Positions 1-9,229 of a stretch of DNA of 20,000 nt are shown one piece after another (within the stretch, counting starts at the first letter, position 1; each line of letters opens with the position of its first letter). The stretch is from Welwitschia mirabilis (lineage: Eukaryota). The position numbers and the translations under genes are program-made. The notes under the pieces are model-generated. The model saw only the letters and a list, made by a program, of their open reading frames with translations. It was not told the origin of the DNA and searched no databases. The stretch is taken from contig JBOZIK010000001.1 of NCBI GenBank assembly GCA_051453625.1, forward strand, positions 43,463,416 through 43,483,415, written 5' to 3'.

Positions 1-313
1 ATAAACTGTCACTCTCTTTAATATTTTTCACCTTTTTCAATCTTAACCATTCAGTATCAGATCTAAAGTATCATCCTGTACATCATCCAAATGATAACTT
101 GGATGATAGAAATACAAACAACCATAAAAAAAAGGAAAAGCAAAAAAGGAAAAGTCATCTGACTATGACTTCTGAATGATGAAGGGGACATTAGATGTTA
201 GCAAAAATAATAAAACTAAATAAAAAACTTACAAAGTACTGGTACACTGCTACTATAGCAAACATCTAGAATATCCATCGAAGCAATGATAACTCTCAAA
301 TTCCAAGTAGCCT

Positions 314-331
314 TCCTTGGCAACGGTGCCA
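314..331 (-). promoter_or_regulatory. Primer binding site (tRNA-Asp type, Athila)
   Basis: Minus strand reads TGGCACCGTTGCCAAGGA, versus the canonical Athila PBS TGGCGCCGTTGCCGGGGA (15/18, all three differences G>A). It lies 3 nt from the LTR end ...GCAACA. Confidence 0.9.
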
Positions 332-334
332 AAA

Positions 335-1433
335 TGTTGCAATTCATATTTATGCAATGTTTTATACCTTGATCTAAATCCTGTTAATTACAAATAAGAT
401 GCACAAATACAACACACTAGTATAGTCGGGAGTGATCTAAATGTCGTAATTCCATCGGAGGCCAATAATATGGGAAAATAAGAGTTGACTTCAAAATATA
501 AATATGTAACCCTAATATACTAAAATAAATTGTAATGCATGAAATTGAAATATACTTATGCAATAATAATCTATAAAAAAAACAATGATGCACCTAAACT
601 AATCAAGCTCAACCTTGATAAAAGATGCCCTCATAATCTATATAATAGAAGGAATATATCACTGAATCTTAAACAACATAAACTATGAGGAAGAAGTTCC
701 TGTAAATATTAAATATAAAATATGATAATTCATATTAAAAGCATAAAAAGCATTTATATCATAAAGTATCCATTCCTCAATGGAGGAAACACCACCCAAC
801 ATCAAGATAACATCTCTTTAGATTATAAGATGGTTCTCTGGTCTCAAGATCTCCTATAAAAAGAATGTCAGGTAATATCGAAGATGATCAAGGATTGAGG
901 GCAAGACCTTTATTTATAGACAAAAAAAGAAAGGGAACTAATAAAAAACATGGAAAAAGATCTAGCTAACATGCAAAGGACAGTAATAGTAGTGACAACT
1001 CAGGAAAACATTTGGTAAAAGTGTGAGAGAATAGTATCATCTTTCTTATCATCTAGACAAAGGAGGAGATGATAAAGTTTGATAATTAGAACTCTTAGTC
1101 TACTTTATTTTAACTACCTATCTGACTACATGTAAGGTATTATTGACTAGTTGGAGATGTCGTCCAATACTGACATCTAAACGATTAGGTGAATGGTGGA
1201 CTTTTATCAATATTCAATTAGTTTTATTGTGTGTTGTTTATAGGAATCATTATCCAAAATATAGTTTATTCATATCTGCATAAAATGCTTATATTTTATT
1301 TGGCAATTGCATGTTTTTATTCTTTTCATCTTAGTGCTCGATTATCATAAGAACTAAGCATTTTTATCTATTAATTTACTTGCAAAATAACTCATAATAC
1401 CCTATCAAACACACATAAGTTAGCAACGTAACA
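335..1433 (-). repeat. LTR copy A (5' LTR of element 0), ~1.1 kb
   Basis: Starts TGTTGC and ends GTAACA (TG...CA). Aligns along its length with 1835-3044 and 18990-20000. TATA box (TATAAATA on minus) at 911-918. Confidence 0.9.
911..918 (-). promoter_or_regulatory. LTR TATA box (equivalents at 2404-2411, 9979-9986, 14581-14588 +, 16654-16661 +, 19560-19567)
   Basis: CTATAAATAAAGG on the element sense strand in A and E, with close variants at the same relative position in the other LTRs. Confidence 0.7.
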
Positions 1434-1834
1434 TAGCAACAAATTAAGACAATACAAAAGGTAAAATGGACAAGATAAAAAATGAAGAAGATTAACATTT
1501 TTCCCTAAATTTCAACCCTACAAAACTTCTTTATAAAGGTTATAAATACACTTGATATAGAATGCATGATTCAATGGAAAAACACCATATAGTACCATTC
1601 AAAAGGATAGTAATGATGATAATATGTAATGGTTATTTTTGCAAAGGATCAAATCATGCTTGGAATATGATTCAATTCCTCTTCAGCTATTACAATCATA
1701 GGGCTTTGATAAGATATTATCTAATAATCAATATACTCATATGATCATGAAGCCTATGCCTCATAGTGATGGGGGTTTTTAAGTTAATGATGTGTTGAAT
1801 AACACCACTCATTATGATGAGGGGAGTGCAGCCA

Positions 1835-3044
1835 TGTTGCAATGTGAATTTATGCAATGTTTCACACCTTGATTTAAATCCTATTAAATACAAATAAGAT
1901 GCACAAATACAACACGCTAGTCTAGTCAGAGTGATCCGAATATCGTAATTCCATTGAAGGCTAATAGTATGGAAAATAAAAAGTTGATTTCAAGAAAGAA
2001 ATATGTAACCCTAATTTATTGAAATTAANNNNNNNNNNNNNNNNNNNNNNNNNNNNNNNNNNNNNNNNNNNNNNNNNNNNNNNNNNNNNNNNNNNNNNNN
2101 NNNNNNNNNNNNNNNNNNNNNNNNNNNNNNNNNNNNNNNNNNNNNNNNNNNNNNNNNNNNNNNNNNNNNNNNNNNNNNNNNNNNNNNNNNNNNNNNNNNN
2201 NNNNNNNNNNNNNNNNNNNNNNNNNNNNNNNNNNNNNNNNNNNNNNNNNNNNNNNNNNNNNNNNNNNNNNNNNNNNNNNNNNNNNNNNNNNNNNNNNNNN
2301 NNNNNNNNNNNNNNNNNNNNNNNNNNNNNNNNNNNNNNNNNNATCTCCTGTCACAAGAATGTCAGGTACTATCAAAGATGATTAGGGATCGAGGGAAGAT
2401 CTTTATTTATAGATAAAAAGGAAAGAAAACTGATAGAAAAGTAAAGGATAAACCCTACCTAACATGCAAAGGAAAGTTACAATAAAGAGGAGACAACTCG
2501 GGCAAACATTCAGTAAAAGTAACAAAGAACAGTGTTATCTTGCTGGTCATTTGAACGAAGTATGAAATGATGAGGATTGATAATGAGATATCTGTTTAAA
2601 TTCTAGTTTAACTGCTTGTGAACTGCATGCAAAGTTTTGTTGACTACTTTTGGAGATGTCATCCACTATTGTCGTCTGGATGATGAGGTGGACGATAATG
2701 TTTGATAGGAAGATCTTTAGTTTAACTACAAGTTATCTCAAAAGAACTCCGTTTATTGCTCAATTGGAGTTGTCGACCTGACTTTTGTGTGGATAACGGG
2801 GTGGACGATAGATGTTTCTTGATCTTTAGTCAGTCAGATTACTTTATTGTCTACAAGAATTGTTATTCAAAATGACACTTATCTATATCTACATGAATTG
2901 CTTTTATTTTATCTGTAATTATCATGTTTTTATCTTATGCTCCTTGATTCTCGATTTTCATAAGGATTAAGCAATTATCTATTAATTCATCTGCAAAATA
3001 ACTTAAAATACACTATCAAATACCCATAAGTTGGCATTGCAACA
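1835..3044 (-). mobile_element. Solo LTR (copy B) with 5-bp target-site duplication AGCCA
   Basis: Perfect 10-bp terminal inverted repeats TGTTGCAATG...CATTGCAACA. AGCCA at 1830-1834 and 3045-3049. No PBS or PPT adjacent. Removing it restores a sequence that is uninterrupted at ~13167-13190. The N gap (314 nt) matches the ~320 bp of the equivalent segment in LTR A. Confidence 0.92.
2029..2342. other. Assembly gap (314 N)
   Basis: Run of N. Confidence 1.
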
Positions 3045-3618
3045 AGCCACTACTAAATAATGACCTGCAAGCTAAAGCTAGATCATGATCAACTAATTCT
3101 CTGGTGGAGTTCCTATAACTATCATATCATACTGCCAAAGGCCCCTCTTGGAAAACTTTGCCTTGGTATGTTTATGGTAGTACATCCTAGTATAATTGCA
3201 TAAGGGTGGTCCACATTTTTAAAAAAAATTTATTATTTTTTTAATATTTCTATCTTTCTTTTCATTTTTGTTCTTTTTTATTGAATCAGACTTACATTTT
3301 TCAAAGAATTGATTAATTATTAAAATGATGTAGTAACAAAGTATATGACTAATATGAGCATCAGATTAACCTAATTGATACTATGTAATAAAATAAATAA
3401 GGATATTAATTGTACATATTGGAATATCTTAAAATTAGTAGAATCCAATCTTTACTACAAAAAAAAACCCAAAGTAAATAATTACTTAGTGATGGTAATA
3501 CCTATGGAAGTGAAACATAAATCAAGTTAAAGATGATTAAGTAGTATCATAACTTAAGCCAAGGAATAAGGCTAAGAAAGAATTTAATAGATGGCAAAGG
3601 GGAGATACTCCTTTTTGC

Positions 3619-4740
3619 TTACAATTTAATTTCTTCTATCATGTTTAATGTATAAGAATAATCATTAAGAGATTTATAAAGTTTTAACCTTTTTCCATTT
3701 AATTTTTGGATTTCCTAATTTTGAAGGTCGAAGATCTTAATAGAGCCATTGAAATCTACCCTTTCTACATGATAGGGATCAAGCCATTTAAAGATAAAAT
3801 TGTTATGTAAAAGATGTACATGAGTATTATACAAAAGCATATATTGATTTGGCTCAAAGGATTTATAGAGAAGTGTTTTATCATGATGAAATTTGGCCTT
3901 AGTGTTTTGGATGAATTGTCTATGGATAGTATTCATTTTTTTTCATTAAGATGTTGAAGTTGTGGTAAATGATTGTGAACATTAATCTAATGGTTTAACA
4001 TATTAATTTAATGGATAGTACAATAAGAGTTGTAGTAAACATCAACAAGTAAACACAAGTTTTACCATATACAAGTTCATAAGGTGAAAATCTAAATGAA
4101 TTATGCCAAGTAGTATAGTAAGTCCATAGCACATCATTAAGTTTAATAGATCAAGGTTTCTTATTTTTGGAAATATATTTCTAGAGTTTCTTCTTAATCT
4201 CTTTATTAGCATTCTTAGCTTGATCATTCATTTGAGAGTAATAGGCATTTGCAATTTTATGTTTAATTCCTATGAAAAGGAGGAGTTTCCTAAGAATCTT
4301 ATTAATGAAGTGGGTATTTTGATCACTAATAAATATTCTAGAAAAGTAAAACCTATGGAAGATATTTGATTTTAGAAAGAAACACATGGATTTGACATCA
4401 TTGTTTTAAGTAGAAATTACTTTAATCCATTTCATAACATAGTTTACAGCTACCAAGATGTAATTTGTGTTGTAAGAAGATGGTTTAAGAGGATTTGTAA
4501 AGTCTATACTCCAATAATCAGAAGTTTCACATTCAAGAATAGGTTGTAAAAGCATATCATAAGATTTAGTTAGGATTCTAAAACATTTACACGCATCACA
4601 TCTTCATACATGATCAAAAAAGTCTTTAAAATGGATAGGTCTATAGAAGCCAACATGAAGGATCTTGATGACTATCTTTTAGCCACTAAATTAACCTCCA
4701 CATACACCATTATGGCAAGGGGAAAAATGTTAATTTCTTT
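3619..4740 (-). pseudogene. Integrase domain remnant (HHCC zinc finger, core, GPF/Y-type C-terminus)
   Basis: CHNGVCGG..CDACK zinc-finger remnant (~4590-4720). DYWSIDFTNP, RIFISDQNTHFIN and AYYSQMNDQAKNANKEIKK (ORF 4181-4387). LLYNTHVHL..KWLDPYHVERV..NGSIKI (ORF 3715-3936). No chromodomain visible. Confidence 0.9.
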
Positions 4741-5039
4741 ATCAGCACATACTTATGCATGATTTGATCTTTACATCTTTGATAAAGATGTGGTTCATTC
4801 AATTCATAATCCCCTATTGTATTGAGACAAGATTTTCTTTGATTAGAAGTCTAATGTTAAGGGGTTTAAAAAGTGATAAGATAATTTACAATATTAACAT
4901 ATCAAAGAGCATGACATTGATAGGATATAGCATATAAATCATAAATGTAAAATAATTATTCATTAAGAAAGGAATTCTTAATAGAAATATTGAAAGAGAA
5001 ATGAAAAGGATTGCTTTCTTGAGAGATTCTTGAAAGATA

Positions 5040-5390
5040 ATTAGCAACATAATTATGTTTACCTTCTTTACCTATGATGGTTAAGTTGAACTCTTGCATG
5101 AAAAGTATCCATCAAATAAGTCTAGCACTTGATTCTTTTTCTCTCATATGATAGAAAATGGCTGCATGATTGGAATAGACATTTGTATGAAAACTAAAAA
5201 GGTAATGTCTTAGCTTACCAAGGTAAAAGATGATAGAAAGAATTTATTTTTTTAGTGGTGGTATAGTTTAATTGATTTTCTAAAAGGGTTTTACTAATAT
5301 AAGTAATAACTCTATATTCCTTTTCATGTTTTTATCCAAAATCTTCACCTATGACAATATTACTAGCATCACACATTAACTTAAAATCTA
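5040..5390 (-). pseudogene. RNase H domain remnant
   Basis: LMCDASNIVIG (Athila consensus ELMCDASDYAVGAVLG), followed by decayed YISKTL..NYTT and QEFNLTI..GKHNYVANYLSR. Confidence 0.85.
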
Positions 5391-5559
5391 TGATTCATTT
5401 AGGTCCCCCTATGATGAATTCAAAAGTGATTTATCCTTAAGATTTTTAAAGTAAATTTGACAATACTCACTCCAATCAAACTTGACCTATTTTTCAAGAA
5501 GGAAATAAAAGTGTTTTTAAATCTTGGCATAGTCCTTAATAAATCTTTTATAAAATCTC

Positions 5560-6290
5560 AGGATGACCAAGAAAGGATATTACTTGTTTAACATTAGTTA
5601 AAGAAGATAGATTCTTTATGATGTCTATCTTAGAAGGGTCCATTCTAATACCATTACAAGAAATGTGATGACCAAGTACAATCTCATTCCTAATTAAGAA
5701 ATAACTCTTCTCTTAGCTAATATGAAGGCCACTTTCTCTACAATAATTAAGGACTTTATCTAATCTCTTTAAAGTTTTTTCAAAAGAGTCACTAAAGATA
5801 AAAACATTGTGCATAAAGATATCAATAGAATCCTTAATCATATCTAAGAAAATACTCATCATAACTCTTTGGAAGGTTTTCAAAGCATTAGATAGGCCTA
5901 AAGGACATTCTTTTAAAGGTAGAAGTACCAAAAGGGGAGATGTAGTTTGTATGAGATTAATCTTCATTGGCAATGCAGACTTGGTTATAACCACTATATC
6001 CATCAAGGAAGTAATAGTAAGTATGACCTTAAATCCTATCAAGAACATCATCAAAAAAATGTAAGGAAAAATAAACTTTCTTAATTACATCATTTGGTTT
6101 TTTTAAAATAGTTGCATACTCACTAGTTTCCTCCCTTTTCAATTACTATAGAAAAAGGGCTAACACATTCACTATACAAAATCACATAAATGATACCTGT
6201 ATCCATAAGCTCAATGATTTCATCCTTGACTAGTTACTTAATAAAAGGATTAAATATTCTTTGAGATTGCCTAATGCGTTTAGCATTTCC
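5560..6290 (-). pseudogene. Reverse transcriptase domain remnant (catalytic FMDD decayed to FMHN)
   Basis: ELMDTGIIY; FLDGYSGYNQ at 5981-6010; GLSNALKTFQRVMMSIFLDMI..IDIFMHNVFIFSDSFE..LDKVL..C (ORF 5713-6054); IVLGHHIS..GIRMDPSKI. Confidence 0.93.
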
Positions 6291-6889
6291 TCTAGATAAA
6301 TTTTGTGTTGAATAATATAAGGAGGAATAGCACTAAGATCTTTATGAATCTAAGTAAAAGCTTCTTATTTTGAAGTAAGATGTTGAATCAAGGATCTTTA
6401 TTGGAATGGATGAAGTTGAAAACTGATTATAAATGTCTTATTAGGATTGTTATTCAAGAAAATGTATTTCAAACCATTTGGTAAGTCTTTAAGTTGAATA
6501 TCATTTTCATCCTTCATAGCTGTAGAATACTCATATTATTGTAAAAGATTTTTAATGGATCTTATATCTTAAATATCATGATCAAGTAGGGGTTCAAAGC
6601 CTTCATAAGAATGACCATTAGAAGAGTGGATTAAGAGATCTTGATTAAGATTGCAAGGATTAAAGAAGTTTAATAATCTTTGATTAATAGAAGATTCCTT
6701 TTTATCGTCAAACAAGGTAGACACATGTAATAAAAGGAGTCTTTCTTCTAAAGGATGATGCTGAACTAACATAGAAGATCTAACCTTTTCTTCTATGTCT
6801 AATTTATCTTTCATGTCTTTATTAGTGGTATTAAACACCTTAATACTAAATTTTTTGTTACCTATATGACACTTCGTCATCCTTGTGTG

Positions 6890-7175
6890 AGTATCAATAA
6901 TACAATGGGCTGTTGCACAAAAGGATCTTGCTAAAAGTAGAGGGTATATATCATTATGCTTGACCTCAATAATGACCACATCTATAGAGACAAAATACTC
7001 CTCAATTTAAACCACCATGTCATTGACTATCCCTCTAGATTTCTTGATTATTGCATTAGCCAATTCCAATACTATTTTAGTGGGTTTAATCCTCTCTTCT
7101 AATTCAAACTTTTTACAAATATTCAAAGGCATAATATTTATACTTGCTTCTATATCTATTAAGGCTTTCTTCATT
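6890..7175 (-). pseudogene. Retropepsin-like aspartic protease remnant
   Basis: KKALIDIEASINIMPLNICKKFELEERIKPTKIVLELAN...RGIVNDMVV*IEEYFVSIDVVII...PLLLARSFCATAHCIID. This matches the Athila pattern DLGAS...LKPT.M.LQLAD...PIILGRPFLATA. Confidence 0.9.
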
Positions 7176-8269
7176 TTCTTACTTTATTCCAAAATAACAC
7201 AAAGGGTGGTTACCCAAAGATATTTAAAATTTGGACATTTTTGAGAAATCAAGTTAAAAAGGGATTGTGTAATGAATACTTTACTTGAAATTATCTCCTT
7301 TTATTTTCTTTTGGCTAAGTCCTTTTAAATTTTACTATACTTGCGATTTTATTGAAGGATCTTATAAAAGGGTAGCTTAATAATGACATTATTTATAAGT
7401 GCCTTCAAATACTCATCATAAGTTAGATTTGTGTTAAATATATCCATCCATGGATTAGTCTTCTTCTTTGAATGCTAGTTGTTATTGTTGAATTTAGAGT
7501 TGAAAGTAGGAAAAAAGTTTAGTTAATAAAGAATTTCAACATCATCTTCTTAACGTACTTATTTATCTTTATGGAAAGATGTTAATGGTTCATCATGGGG
7601 ATTAGTGTCATGTTCACTTCTTATAACTACCTTTCAATCATTATTCACATCGTTTAATTTTGAAATAGTTTGAGTAATAAGTGACTCTTATGTCCTTTGA
7701 ATCCCTAGCATGTCTTGTTAAAGGAGGCCAATTAAATTTTCTAAGTTCTTATTATGATTTATTATCTATAATTTCATGGTGATATCTTGTATCTTTTTGA
7801 GTTCTACATTTATTTCCCTAAAAGAGTCATTTTTATTGTAGTTTAAAATTGGCCTAAAACTTATGACTTCTAAATGTGTTATTAAATAAGGATTTGAAAG
7901 ATATTAAAGGTCCATTATTTCATGGTGGATGTTGTTGATTACCTCCAAAGTTATTTGGTCTTTAATTAAATGGATAAACTTCATTGAATATGGCCTCTCT
8001 ACAAGTTGGTAAAGTTGAGTATTCTTTGGTAGGATAAGAGTTTCCATTAAATATTTCAAAATGATTGAGTTGAGTAATTTTACATTAGTTAATACTTTTG
8101 TGTAGATCTCAAAGGTACTATTAAGATCACTAAATATTGTGTTGATTTTTGGCTATTCTTCTTCATATTGCATGTTTTTCAAATCTCTAAGAATTTCATG
8201 TATAATTATAATGTCTTTTCATGTAGTTTTAGGCTAATTTTAACATCTTTCTATAACATCTTCTAATAC

Positions 8270-8790
8270 ATTTCAAACATCATCTAAAGTAAAATTGAGT
8301 AAATTTCCACCACGTGAAAAATCTACCATCAATTTGATTTCACTATCTAATCCACTATAAAAGTAATAAATAAGTTCTTATTTTGAAAACTCATTCATTA
8401 GATTAAATGATATTGATATAAAAGATTTTTCATATGTTGAGGAATTATTTTCATAAGGGTATTGTGGGAAATTGATTACTTCATTTCTTTGTATCCTCAT
8501 AAATGTCTCATTCATGAATTCTTCAATAAATATCTCTTTGTGTTTGATGCTTTTAAGCCAAATTTTCACTTTTTCTCTCAATACAAAGGGAAAGATGATC
8601 ATGTAGGTTTTATCTAATGTTTCTTTTTTTAATAAAAGACATTTTTAAAAGTGAGGATGACTACTTCAATCTTAACTACGTATTAGAATGGGTTCTCATT
8701 AGGTTCTTTAGGAAAGGTGGGATAGGCATTCAAATTCTTTAACTTCATAACATCTTTGACAAGTACATCAAATGGATTTTGAAGTTCCCT
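8270..8790 (-). pseudogene. gag (retrotransposon gag domain) remnant
   Basis: EGNFKI, YPTFPKEPNENPF, IIFPFVLREKVKIWLKSIK (consensus LFPFSLRDKAK.WL.SL), RNEVINFPQYPYE, FYSGLD, VDFSRGGNLLNFT. Confidence 0.85.
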
Positions 8791-9229
8791 TCTTTATTAG
8801 TTAACATATACTTTAGAGTAATGTTTGAACTAGCAGCTTCTAATATTTTATATAAAGATTTATTAAATGCCATATAAGTAGGAGAATTAGGATGATTAGG
8901 TAAAGGAGGAAAGATAGGATTTTTATTAGAATTTGGTTGATTTTTAGAAATTTTTAGAGGTTTAGGAGTATGTAAATAAGAAATACTAAATGAAGAATAA
9001 TTGTTTTTCTTAATTAAAAATAAACTTTTCTTTCTCACCTCAAATCCTTGAATTAAAATCCACCAAATATTTTAAATTACTTCTTCAAGAAAACATCTTT
9101 CATGAGTGTGTTTGCTTTTATTGCTATTTACCATTATCCTACAAGATCGAATTATGTTAAATAAACATATTTACATTTAAGTAGAAATAAGTTTTAGGAT
9201 AACTCAAAGATGCAATAAGTAGAATATGT

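Larger units (their letters stand above)
1..1433 (-). mobile_element. 5' end (5' LTR, PBS, leader) of an Athila-type Ty3/gypsy element ('element 0') that continues off the left edge and is nested in the 3' region of element 1
   Basis: LTR 335-1433 is followed on the minus strand, 3 nt later, by an Athila-type PBS. The flank at 1434+ is colinear with the post-pol region of another copy (about 1455-1625 vs 12370-12540), so this element interrupts element 1. Confidence 0.85.
3619..9134 (-). pseudogene. Ty3/gypsy (Athila) gag-pol polyprotein pseudogene with many stops and frameshifts
   Basis: gag: GNFKI, YPTFPKEPNENPF, IFPFVLREKVKIWLKSI, FYSGLD, VDFSRGGNLL. Protease: ALIDIEASINIMP. RT: YYYFLDGYSGYNQV, GLSNALKTFQRVMMSIF, FMHNVFIF. 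RNase H: LMCDASNIVIG. Integrase: WSIDF, FISDQNTHF, KWLDPYHV, NGKRLK. The start ATG at 9134 is tentative. Confidence 0.95.
1434..9229 (-). mobile_element. Internal region of a degenerate Athila-type element ('element 1'): gag-pol plus post-pol region. Interrupted by solo LTR B and bounded by LTRs A and C of other elements
   Basis: Ty3/gypsy domain order gag-PR-RT-RH-IN on the minus strand. The post-pol region is homologous to 12370-13790. Neither flanking LTR has the PBS/PPT context expected if it were this element's own. Confidence 0.85.

Noticed and set aside
2019-2381. ORFs spanning N runs (also 10772-11509, 19586-19777)
   Set aside because: Artefacts of translating gaps.
4755-7244. Plus-strand ORFs 4755-4937, 5807-6064, 7017-7244
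   Set aside because: Antisense shadows of the minus-strand pol pseudogene.
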